Positions 28,557 to 37,581 of a stretch of 64,000 nucleotides of DNA are shown here, in pieces (positions within the stretch are counted from its first letter, which is position 1; each line of letters starts with the position of its first letter). Both the position numbers and the translations under genes were made by a program. The notes beneath the pieces are model-generated. The model was not told where the DNA came from. It made no database searches and saw only the letters and a program-made list of their open reading frames with translations. This DNA comes from a virus. The stretch lies in IMG/VR virus record IMGVR_UViG_3300018022_000003, positions 63,427 through 127,426 of that record. One strand, given 5' to 3'.

Positions 28557-29540
28557 ATGGCCTTTGCAAGCCTCCCATCCAGCCTGGACACTAGGCTCTG
28601 GGTACAGGTTCCCGTAATCGTCCTCCACCCTCCGTACACGAAGGTGGCGATAAGCCTCCCGGAGCTGGTGAGGCAGACGAACGCCTTCAGCGTGAAGCGG
28701 AGGGCAGGGTGCCAGCCTACCCTGAAGCGGAGCCGTCCCAAGGAGCTTTACCTGGAGTACAACGTGGTGTGCCACGAGAGCTACTCCGACCCCCGTGGCC
28801 ATGACGTGCAGGTCCAGTTCGACCTCTCCCAGGTGGAGGAGACCCAGGACGCCAAGAGGCTGGACGTAAGGGTAAGCTGCTCCTGCCCGGCGTTCCTCTA
28901 CTGGGGGGCGCAGTGGAACCTCCATCAGCGGGACGGGCTGCACGGGCAGGCCCGCCCCCTCCTCCAGGCACCGACTCAGAGGCTCGACCTGCGGGGGAAC
29001 TTCGTCATCTGCAAGCACGTCAAGGCCGTGTTCGAGCGCATACTGCCGGCCATCCAGCACAACATCACCAAGGTCGTGCGTGAGCGGGAGGTGAAGCGCA
29101 CCAAGGAGCGCATGCTGAAGGAGGAGCGCCCGACCGAGAAGGAGAAGCGCCTGCACCGGGAGCAGATGGAGATGAGGATGAAGAAGGACATCGACCGCAT
29201 CCTCAGGACCAGGGACCCGGACGAGAGGGAGAGGCTGATAAAGGAGCTGGTGGAGAAGGAGAAGAAGCGCCTCTACAAGCAGGTGGAGACGGAGCGGGGG
29301 GAGAGGCCCAGGAGGAAGCCCCCTGCCGTGCCCCGGCCATCCCCCCCGGCGGCCCCAGGCCCTCCCCCCGAGGAGAAGAAGAAGGTCGTCAAGAGGGACG
29401 AGCCTGCCACTGCCCCCCCCAAGCCCCCCGTGCCTCCCAGGCCCCCCAGGGAGGAGCCTGGCCTGGAGGACCTGGTCAAGGAGGAGGAGAGGAAGCTGCG
29501 GGCCAGGAAGCCCCCCGAGAAGGGAGGGGTGCGCAAGTGA
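28557..29540 (+). CDS. SWIM zinc-finger protein
   Basis: VSCSCPAF...CKH. Confidence 0.75.
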   Translation: MAFASLPSSLDTRLWVQVPVIVLHPPYTKVAISLPELVRQTNAFSVKRRAGCQPTLKRSRPKELYLEYNVVCHESYSDPRGHDVQVQFDLSQVEETQDAKRLDVRVSCSCPAFLYWGAQWNLHQRDGLHGQARPLLQAPTQRLDLRGNFVICKHVKAVFERILPAIQHNITKVVREREVKRTKERMLKEERPTEKEKRLHREQMEMRMKKDIDRILRTRDPDERERLIKELVEKEKKRLYKQVETERGERPRRKPPAVPRPSPPAAPGPPPEEKKKVVKRDEPATAPPKPPVPPRPPREEPGLEDLVKEEERKLRARKPPEKGGVRK

Positions 29541-31672
29541 TTACAGCGATAGTGAACGCCCCGTACTCCAACCGTATCCAGCTCGCCCTGGAGGGATGGG
29601 TAGGGCCCTTCGTGCGCCCGCTCAGCCCCCCTGTCCCCTTCGACCCCACGGACCCCAAGGTCCTGGAGGTGTACATAGACGGCAGGCCCGCCAGGGTCAG
29701 CACCTTCTCCTTCGACAGCATCAACAACCGCTACCTGCTCTTCATGGAGGACGCCTTCGACCCCTCCACGGCGGTGGTCCAGACCATACACCACATGCCC
29801 AAGCCCCCGTACCAGTACGGGGTGCCCGTGCCGGCCAACCCCATCCCAGCCATCACCAGCCTCGACCCCCCGTCGGCCCCCTCCGGCCACAGCGCCCAAG
29901 TGCTGACCATAGACGGCGCAGACTTTATGCCTACCTCCACTGCCACCTACAACGGCGTCCCCCACACCTTTACCTACGCCTCCGCTGGCCAGGGGGCCAT
30001 ACCCCTTACCTCGGGCGACCAGGCGGCGGCGGGCAGCTACCCCGTGGTGGTCACCAACCCCCCTCCCGGAGGGGGGGCGTCCAACGCCGTGGACTTCAGC
30101 GTCGTCTCGTCCCTGCTGCCCGCCCTCTACATAGGCGACGCCGACAACGGGGCAGTCCGCCTCGTTGACCAGGCCGGGGACATCCACACCCCCGTGTTCG
30201 CCAGCGCCGACCCGCTGCTCTCCTATACCCAGGGCATATGGGCACCGCTCAACTTCGCAGCCGGGGCAGGCGGAAGCCTCTATATCCTTGACGCCAACAC
30301 AGTAGGCATATGGCAGGTAAGCACGTCCTATGTAATGACCAGGGTGGCCGGCACCGCTACCGGGACGACCGGCACCCCCATCCCCGGCCCTGCCACGAGC
30401 AGCCCGCTCCCCACCGAGCCTTGGCTGGCCGCCGACCCCTCGGGCAACCTGTTCGTCGGGGACTTCCAGCACCACAAGGTCTATGCCGTCAACATGCAGG
30501 CCTCCCCCCAGACCATCCTCGGGGTGAGCATCGCCGCAGGCGACATCGCCCTGGTGGCAGGCACGGGCACGGCAGGGTTCAGCGGCGACGGCGGGCCGGC
30601 GCTCAGCGCCACCTTCCGCTACCCGCAGGGCCTTGCCTGCGACTCCTCCGGCAGCCTGTACGTGTGCGACGAGCAGAACTACTGCGTGAGGAAGATTGAC
30701 ACCTCGGGCAACATCAGCACAGTGGCGGGGCAGGGGCATGTCTACGGGCAGGCAGGGGACGGCGGCCTGGCTACCCTGGCCACCATGACGGAGCTTTACG
30801 GCCTGGGGATAGACCCCAGCGGCAACCTCTACATAGCGGACATGGACTCCCCCAAGATACGGGCCGTCAACATGACGGGCGGGCCTGCCGTCATCTGCGG
30901 CATAGCCATAGCGGCCGGGCACATCGACACCGTGGCAGGCACGGGGACGGCGGGGGATACCGGCGACGAGGGCCCCGCCATCTCGGCGGAGATAGGCGCA
31001 AACATACTACAGCTCTGCACCGACGCTTCCGGCAGCCTCTACCTCACGGACTTCTACAACAACCGTGCCAGGAGGGTGGACTCGGGCGGCACGATACATG
31101 CCTTCGCAGGCACGGGGACGGCGGGGTACAGCGGGGACGGGGGCGCAGCCACGGCCGCCGACCTGGGGGAGGCAGAGGGCATAATATACCTCCCTGCCCC
31201 CGTGCAGAGCACCCCGACCTTCACGGTCGGCCTGGTGCCCAGCACCCCCCTGCCCCACACCCTGTCCTATGCCACCGAGAACAGCCTGACGGCGTCCCTG
31301 GCGTCCCTGGGCGGGAACTCCGTGCCAGCCGCCAAGACCAACGTAGGCTACCTGGAGGAGAGGGGCGGGGACGCCGACATCCTGAGCCTGGACATGGCCT
31401 CCTTCCCGCAGCTATTCTACCTGGACTGCCACGGGTACTCGGGCATGGCGTCCCTCGCCCTGGCGGGAACCTACGTGACATACCTCAACGCCAACTCCTG
31501 TGCCCTAGGCCAGGCGTCCGTGGACGCCGTGCTGGTGGCCCTGGACGGGAACGGCCTGCTCAACGGGACCGTCAACCTCGGCGGGGCAGGGAACTCCGCC
31601 CCCTCCGCCACGGGGCTTGCCGCTGCCAGCAGCCTGCAAACCAGCAAGGGATGGAGCGTGACCCACAACTAG
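29537..31672 (+). CDS. IPT/TIG plus NHL-repeat beta-propeller protein (fibre/appendage candidate)
   Basis: PAITSLDP..VVVTNP IPT domain; repeated VAGTG.AG.SGDGG.A..A...P.G.A.D.SG.LY NHL repeats. Confidence 0.8.
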   Translation: MITAIVNAPYSNRIQLALEGWVGPFVRPLSPPVPFDPTDPKVLEVYIDGRPARVSTFSFDSINNRYLLFMEDAFDPSTAVVQTIHHMPKPPYQYGVPVPANPIPAITSLDPPSAPSGHSAQVLTIDGADFMPTSTATYNGVPHTFTYASAGQGAIPLTSGDQAAAGSYPVVVTNPPPGGGASNAVDFSVVSSLLPALYIGDADNGAVRLVDQAGDIHTPVFASADPLLSYTQGIWAPLNFAAGAGGSLYILDANTVGIWQVSTSYVMTRVAGTATGTTGTPIPGPATSSPLPTEPWLAADPSGNLFVGDFQHHKVYAVNMQASPQTILGVSIAAGDIALVAGTGTAGFSGDGGPALSATFRYPQGLACDSSGSLYVCDEQNYCVRKIDTSGNISTVAGQGHVYGQAGDGGLATLATMTELYGLGIDPSGNLYIADMDSPKIRAVNMTGGPAVICGIAIAAGHIDTVAGTGTAGDTGDEGPAISAEIGANILQLCTDASGSLYLTDFYNNRARRVDSGGTIHAFAGTGTAGYSGDGGAATAADLGEAEGIIYLPAPVQSTPTFTVGLVPSTPLPHTLSYATENSLTASLASLGGNSVPAAKTNVGYLEERGGDADILSLDMASFPQLFYLDCHGYSGMASLALAGTYVTYLNANSCALGQASVDAVLVALDGNGLLNGTVNLGGAGNSAPSATGLAAASSLQTSKGWSVTHN

Positions 31673-31673
31673 C

Positions 31674-34487
31674 ATGAGCCTACTGCGCCCCAGCATCGTC
31701 TACCTGTCGAGCAGCGAGAACCCCTCCCTGACCGGCGACAACGTGACCTTCACGGCCGACGTGTACCCCAGCGTCACGGTGGTGCAGAGCACCAGCGGCA
31801 CCAACGGGCTGTACTCCCCCTCCGTGACCCTCACCCTCGGGAGCTTCCCCACCCTGGGCAACACCCTCCTGGTGTTCGGCGGCATCCCCATCTCGGCGGC
31901 CGGCGCTGCCTCCGCCCTAGGGTTCACGGCGGCGGCGACGTACTACGGCTCCGGAGGCTCGTCCTTCGTCCTTACGAGGACCGTCCTGCCGGGGGACGGC
32001 AAGAGCTGGACGGTGTCCGGCCTCCCCTTCAACAACGTGGCCAACCAGGGTAGGGTATTCCTGCTGGAGATACAGGGCACCCCCAGCATCCTCGCCGACG
32101 CAGGGGTGACGGCAGGCAGCCAGTACTACTACACCGCCCCGCTGTCCACCTCGGCCGTCTTCGGCGGGCCGGGGCTTGCCATAGCAGGGTTCTGGCACTA
32201 CTTCCTCGGCAACGTGGAGAACATCCTCCCCACGGCCTACTCCTACCCCTCCTGGCTAGGGGGTACAGGGGCCGGGTATGATATCGTGGCCTGCAACGGG
32301 GACGTCCCCGCCAGCACCGCCGTGACGGCCACGCTCCTCTCCACGGTGGACAGCGGCATCATAGGGCAGGCGGTGTACGTGGACATCATGCTGCCCATCC
32401 CTACCGTCCCTACCGGGCACGTGGACTTCTACGACAGCTCCAGCCCCCCTGGGTACATGGGCACCGGCACGCTGTCCGGCAGGCAGACCTCCATATCCTC
32501 CTCCTCCCTGCCGGTAGGCAGCCAGACTATCACCGCTGCCTACAGCGGCGACTCCGGCTTCCTGCCCGGCAGCGGCAGCCTGGTGCAGACGGTCAGCTCC
32601 GGCACCTCCCCGACGACGACCTCCGTCGCCAGCAGCCAGGACCCCTCCGTGCAGGGGCAGGCGGTCAAGTTCACCGCCACGGTCTCCCTTGCGCCCGAGC
32701 TGGTCCAGTACAAGGGGGCATACTCCAGCCAGGCTGGGCGGTACGGCTTCCCCGTCTCCGTTACCCTCACCAGCAGCCCTACGGCCGGCAACACCCTCAT
32801 AGCCCTGGCCAGCCTGTCGGAGCCGTACAGCGACTACTACTTCGACCTCCCTGCGGGGTTTACCGAGCTAGCCTCCTATAGGCCGGGCGTCAACATACGC
32901 AACAGCGAGATAGTAGGCTACCGCATAGCCCAGGGCGGGGACCCGGCGACATGGAGCTTCCCCTGCAACACGGGGTCGGACGTGGCCCCGGGCCAGGTCT
33001 ACATCTTCGAGTTCCTGGGGCAGCCCACGGTGCAGGCATCGTGCGGGGCGGCAGGCACCCAGGGCACATACCCGACCCCTCCCCCCCTCCCGGTCACCAC
33101 CGGCTCCATCGGCTCCAGCAGCCCCTTCATAGCCATCTGCCAGTTCATGAAGTGGATGATGGCCGCCCCCTACGACTGGAACCCGGCCTTCTCGGAGATG
33201 GGGGGACCGTACGAGCCTTACACGGACGCCCATCCCTGGGAGCTGGTGGGGGCGTCCCTTGCCAGCGGCCCTGTGACCGCCATGATGGGCGCAGGCTCGG
33301 CGGAGACGGTAGGGTACGCCCTCATCCTGCTCAACTACAGCAGCCAGGTCAGCGGCACGGTGAACTTCTTTGACAGCTCTAGCCCTCCCGGCTACCTGGG
33401 GAGCGCCGACGTCTTCAATAGCCAGGCATCCGTCTCGACCTCCCTGCTCCCCGTGGGGCTTCAGACCATAACGGCGGACTACCTGGGCAACGCCGTCTTC
33501 CTGGCCAGCAGCGGGAGCACGCCGCAGACCGTCACCGCCGCCCCGCTGGTAGCGGTGGACGGCACCCCCAACCCGAGCTACGTGGGCAGCCCCGTCACCA
33601 TCGACGTGTCCGTCTCGGGCAGCAGCGGCACCCCCACCGGCACCGTGACCATCGCCGACGGCCTCGGCTCCCCTCCCTATGTCATAGGCACCATTACCCT
33701 GTCGGGGGGGAGCGGCTCCCTCGTCACCTCCTCCCTGTCGGCCGGCAGCCACACCATCTGGGCGCTGTACAACGGGGACGTCAACTACCCCGCCGCCTCC
33801 AGCTACTACATCCAGGTGGTGGTGGACAAGTACGCCCCCGTGGTGGGCATCGCCAGCGACCACAACCCCCAGTTCTTCGGGCAGGAGCTTACGCTGACCG
33901 CCACGGTATCCCCCCCCGCAGGGGTGCTTACCCTCCCTACCGGCACGGTCACCCTGACGGATTCCGTGACGGGCGGCATGGGCACCTATGCCCTCCCCCC
34001 CTCGGGCACCGTGCAGTGGACCATGGACCCCTCCAGCCCGTGGGCCGTGGGGACGCACCTGGTGACGGCGTCCTACAGCGGGGACGCTCACTACTACCCC
34101 GGCACGGCCACCCTCTCCCAGCTCATAGTCGCAGAGGGGGGCATATACGCCGACCTGCCGGGGTTCGCCCTGGTGGCCTACTGCTCACCGGGGGGGGACG
34201 ACAGCCTCCCCCCCTGGGCGTCCTTCGTCGCCGACCCCTCCACAGCAGCGGCGGGGCAGCCCGTCTACCTGCTGTGGACCGGCCTCAACATCGCCTCTGT
34301 CAGGATGTACGGCGACAACGGGGTGGGGGACTCCCTGGACACGGGGGTGCTCCAGACCAGCGGCTCCGGCATCTATACTGTTTCCAACGGCTTCCAGCAT
34401 AGCATAACCCTTAGCTGCGTCGCCTACGACTCCTCCGCCCCCCCGGACGTGGTGGCGTCCCAGGCCTTGGCCATCACCGTCACGTAG
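31674..34487 (+). CDS. bacterial Ig-like (group 3) repeat protein, probable virion appendage
   Basis: Four S.NPS..G..VT.TA.V...TG.V.F..L..G...ITA.Y.GD repeats. Confidence 0.8.
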   Translation: MSLLRPSIVYLSSSENPSLTGDNVTFTADVYPSVTVVQSTSGTNGLYSPSVTLTLGSFPTLGNTLLVFGGIPISAAGAASALGFTAAATYYGSGGSSFVLTRTVLPGDGKSWTVSGLPFNNVANQGRVFLLEIQGTPSILADAGVTAGSQYYYTAPLSTSAVFGGPGLAIAGFWHYFLGNVENILPTAYSYPSWLGGTGAGYDIVACNGDVPASTAVTATLLSTVDSGIIGQAVYVDIMLPIPTVPTGHVDFYDSSSPPGYMGTGTLSGRQTSISSSSLPVGSQTITAAYSGDSGFLPGSGSLVQTVSSGTSPTTTSVASSQDPSVQGQAVKFTATVSLAPELVQYKGAYSSQAGRYGFPVSVTLTSSPTAGNTLIALASLSEPYSDYYFDLPAGFTELASYRPGVNIRNSEIVGYRIAQGGDPATWSFPCNTGSDVAPGQVYIFEFLGQPTVQASCGAAGTQGTYPTPPPLPVTTGSIGSSSPFIAICQFMKWMMAAPYDWNPAFSEMGGPYEPYTDAHPWELVGASLASGPVTAMMGAGSAETVGYALILLNYSSQVSGTVNFFDSSSPPGYLGSADVFNSQASVSTSLLPVGLQTITADYLGNAVFLASSGSTPQTVTAAPLVAVDGTPNPSYVGSPVTIDVSVSGSSGTPTGTVTIADGLGSPPYVIGTITLSGGSGSLVTSSLSAGSHTIWALYNGDVNYPAASSYYIQVVVDKYAPVVGIASDHNPQFFGQELTLTATVSPPAGVLTLPTGTVTLTDSVTGGMGTYALPPSGTVQWTMDPSSPWAVGTHLVTASYSGDAHYYPGTATLSQLIVAEGGIYADLPGFALVAYCSPGGDDSLPPWASFVADPSTAAAGQPVYLLWTGLNIASVRMYGDNGVGDSLDTGVLQTSGSGIYTVSNGFQHSITLSCVAYDSSAPPDVVASQALAITVT

Positions 34488-34557
34488 GGGCCTGGAGGGG
34501 GCCTGAAAACGCACTATGGCATACCTTAGTAGGGCAACACTGCCCAAGGAGAGGAAA

Positions 34558-34785
34558 ATGGCCAAGAAGATAGCACGCATCGACGCAGAGAACATGAACT
34601 CCCTCTACGCCGCCGAGCTGGAGAAGCTGGGTGCCAAGGTCGCTGCCAAGGACGACACCGGGCAGCCCAAGGACATCCAGGCCTTCAAGGACCACGAGGA
34701 GTACCTCAGCACCCTGGAGGCCGCCTTCAAGGAGGACAAGAAGGCAGAAGGCTCCACCGACCCCAACGACGTGGTCCTCGACTAA
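34558..34785 (+). CDS. small acidic hypothetical protein
   Basis: GAGGA RBS. Confidence 0.6.
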   Translation: MAKKIARIDAENMNSLYAAELEKLGAKVAAKDDTGQPKDIQAFKDHEEYLSTLEAAFKEDKKAEGSTDPNDVVLD

Positions 34786-34798
34786 GGAGGGCAAGCCG

Positions 34799-36160
34799 AT
34801 GTTCACCTGCAAGGCGGCGGACGCCCGCCTGCTCGTCCCAGGCAGGCTTGTCGGCTCGACCGACGGCCAGCCGTGGGTAGTTGTCTCTGCCGTCAGGACC
34901 GAGGACGGCGTCCTCGTGAGCCTTGCCGACATCACGGGGGAGCCTGCCCCGCCCTGGACCCACTTCGACCCCGTCCCCCTGGGCATGTCCCGCTTCGCCG
35001 CCCTGCTGCGGCGGCTCGCCTACAACAAGGACTACGACCTCTATGTCAAGGGGGCCATCCGGGAGGCGGGCCTCCCGGTGGACCAGTCCATGGACTGGTC
35101 GAAGTACCTCTTCAACATCATGAGCAAGGGCCTGGGGCCCGCCGAGGACGAGGACATCGACGAGGTTACCCACTGGGCCATCACCAAGGAGCTGTACGAG
35201 CTTAAGAAGCTCAACCCCAACAACCCCTCCGGCTTCCAGCAGACCATAGACAGGTTCAAGTGGGGGCCGGGCCAGACGGAGGAGCTGCCGCTGGAGAAGC
35301 AGGTCACGGAGTTCCTGAAGAAGACCTTCCTGTACTCGGTGGACAAGGGCAAGAAGTACCTCAGGCGGATTATCAGGGGCCTGCCGAAGGGCTGGAAGCA
35401 GGAGGACGTGGTAAGCCTGGACCCGGTCGAGATAGGGGGGGAGGAGGCATATGGCCCGATAGACTACCTGGAGCATCCCGAGTCGGGCAAGGAGTTCCGT
35501 GAGGCCGAGGAGACCGCCGAGCTGGGCGACTACAGCCTCCGGCGCAAGAAGGTCATCAAGGGCAGGTTCACCGAGGGCCTGTACCACTGGCTCCTGGAGC
35601 AGAAGAAGCGGCCGGAGGGCAGGAAGAGGTACCCCTACTCCCCGAGCCAGTACGTGCGGCTGCTGCGCCTGATGCACGAGCATGCCCAGACCTACGGGGC
35701 CAAGCCCTCCCTCCCCGACATAGAGGGGCGCTGGAGGTCCCTCCAGCAGGAGGTGGGGAGCCACAAGCGCCTGGGGCACGACGACTTCGCCAAGCTCTTC
35801 GCCATGTTCCCCGAGACCATGGAGACATACGTCAGGACCTTCCTGCGCCTCCCCCCCGAGGAGCACCACGTGCTGCCCAACATCGTCCGCCTCCTGGTGA
35901 GGGAGGGGGAGATGAGGCGTCAGAGGAGGCTGGAGGAGTCCGACAAGGACAGGGAGTCCCGCAGGACGGGGCCGGAGCCGGGCGGGCCGCAGGACGCCCC
36001 CGAGGCGGGCAAGACCTCCGCCAAGCAGGTAGAGGTGCCCCGCTGCGCAACCTGCAAGACGGCGAGGGAGGTCAGCAGGTGCCCAGGCTGCGAGCAGAGC
36101 TACTGCGCCCTGTGCGTGAGGGACCACTTCGCCAACAACCCAGGGCACGACAGGACATAG
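34799..36160 (+). CDS. hypothetical protein with C-terminal B-box-like zinc finger
   Basis: AAGGAGG RBS; CxxC...CPGC...CALC..H. Confidence 0.7.
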   Translation: MFTCKAADARLLVPGRLVGSTDGQPWVVVSAVRTEDGVLVSLADITGEPAPPWTHFDPVPLGMSRFAALLRRLAYNKDYDLYVKGAIREAGLPVDQSMDWSKYLFNIMSKGLGPAEDEDIDEVTHWAITKELYELKKLNPNNPSGFQQTIDRFKWGPGQTEELPLEKQVTEFLKKTFLYSVDKGKKYLRRIIRGLPKGWKQEDVVSLDPVEIGGEEAYGPIDYLEHPESGKEFREAEETAELGDYSLRRKKVIKGRFTEGLYHWLLEQKKRPEGRKRYPYSPSQYVRLLRLMHEHAQTYGAKPSLPDIEGRWRSLQQEVGSHKRLGHDDFAKLFAMFPETMETYVRTFLRLPPEEHHVLPNIVRLLVREGEMRRQRRLEESDKDRESRRTGPEPGGPQDAPEAGKTSAKQVEVPRCATCKTAREVSRCPGCEQSYCALCVRDHFANNPGHDRT

Positions 36161-36161
36161 C

Positions 36162-36770
36162 ATGGCCGACGTAGAGGTGAAGAACGAGGGGTCAGTCGTC
36201 CTCCTCATCCCCATGAGCGACAGGGGGAAGGACTGGATTGACGAGAACCTCCAGCTTGAGAGCTGGCAGTGGTACGGCAACGCTGCGGCCGTCGAGGCAC
36301 GCTATGCCGACCCTATCGTGGACGGCATGATGGACGACGGCCTGGAGGTGAAGGGGACCACGAGGGTCATACCCGAGGAGTCCGACCTCACCCCCGAGCA
36401 GGAGGAGGACATGGTCAGGAGGGGCCAGCTCCCCCCCATGGAGATGCGCTCCTCCAGGACGGCCGCCCTCCCCGCCCAGCAGCGGCCCCCTGAGGGCACC
36501 CCCGCCGCAGACATGAGGGAGGACCCCTGGGCGGCCGCCTCCCAGGCCATATCCCAGCCGGACGACCAGGCCGCCCGCCGGAGGCTGAGGCACACCGTGG
36601 AGCCTGAGATACCCGGAGGCCCCTACCACATGGTATCGTCCGGCAGGGGGTTCAGGTCAGCCTTCCTGCGCCAGCCGAGGAGGGATGGCTACTGCGACGC
36701 CTGCGACCGCCCCGAGGCGCAGTGCGTGTGCAGCCCCGAGGACTGCGACCTGACAAGGGAGAGGGCATAG
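36162..36770 (+). CDS. hypothetical modular protein
   Basis: Tightly coupled to the previous gene. Confidence 0.6.
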   Translation: MADVEVKNEGSVVLLIPMSDRGKDWIDENLQLESWQWYGNAAAVEARYADPIVDGMMDDGLEVKGTTRVIPEESDLTPEQEEDMVRRGQLPPMEMRSSRTAALPAQQRPPEGTPAADMREDPWAAASQAISQPDDQAARRRLRHTVEPEIPGGPYHMVSSGRGFRSAFLRQPRRDGYCDACDRPEAQCVCSPEDCDLTRERA

Positions 36771-36820
36771 AGACTACAGGAACCATTTTAAGAGCCGCCA
36801 GGAAGGCGGCGGAGGAGAAC

Positions 36821-37525
36821 ATGGCAAAGACGTCGAGGGAAGCCCTAAGGGAGAAGATAGCGGCGATAGCCGAGGACAGGAAGGCCCAGGAGTACGGCCT
36901 GCTGAGGGAGGTGGCCGCCAGGGAGCCTGAGAAGGTCGGGGAGGCCCTCGGGGAGCTGGCGCACGCCGCCAGCGCATGGGGGGCGTCCGCCGCCGCCCTG
37001 CGTGAGAACCTGGACCTGGTGAGCGCCCCGCATGCGGCGTCCCTGAGGGCCAGGACAGCGGCCAGGAGGAAGTACGCCGCCGAGTTCCGGCGCATCGCCG
37101 AGGTGGCCCCGGAGCAGGTCGAGGACGCCGTGGTCGAGCTTTACCGCTCCATCGACGAGATTGCCGCAGGGCTGGAGAACCTGGCGTCCCACCTGGGGAT
37201 AGACCTTGCGGAGGCCGGCGAGGAGGAGCTTCCCCCTGCGGAGGGCGCAGGGGACGGGGACGAGGGCCTGCACGGCGAGATGCCTGTCGGGGGGACCGAG
37301 CCTGCCGAGGAGGACGACCTTGCCAAGGAGGCCGGCGGCGAGGGGGCGTTCACGACCGACCGTGACGAGGAGGGCAAGCCCAAGCCCCCTTCCAGGATGG
37401 AGAACCGGACGGCCACCGGGAGCGGGGCCTTCGTCACCGACCGTGACCAGGGGGCAGAGCCTAAGCCCGTGGAGAAGGCCGAGATTCCCGTCTCCCAGGG
37501 CGAGGCCGCCATCAAGCAGAAGTAA
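36821..37525 (+). CDS. probable head-internal protein
   Basis: GGAGGAG RBS; two F(T/V)TDRD motifs shared with 15421..17040. Confidence 0.65.
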   Translation: MAKTSREALREKIAAIAEDRKAQEYGLLREVAAREPEKVGEALGELAHAASAWGASAAALRENLDLVSAPHAASLRARTAARRKYAAEFRRIAEVAPEQVEDAVVELYRSIDEIAAGLENLASHLGIDLAEAGEEELPPAEGAGDGDEGLHGEMPVGGTEPAEEDDLAKEAGGEGAFTTDRDEEGKPKPPSRMENRTATGSGAFVTDRDQGAEPKPVEKAEIPVSQGEAAIKQK

Positions 37526-37581
37526 CCCTGCCGCCGCTGCCAGCATCTAAAAGCCAAGGTATTGTATAGGTGGAGGTGCGT

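Noticed and set aside
32420-33400. Similar DNA segments in the Ig gene as a DGR template/variable pair
   Set aside because: Differences are not adenine-specific and there is no RT in the window; this is ordinary domain duplication.
11715-37550. Many long antisense or alternative-frame ORFs (e.g. 15346-17151, 23645-25288, 29273-30922, 34727-36280)
   Set aside because: Shadow ORFs expected opposite GC3-rich genes; no RBS or motifs, unlike the MTase inner frames.
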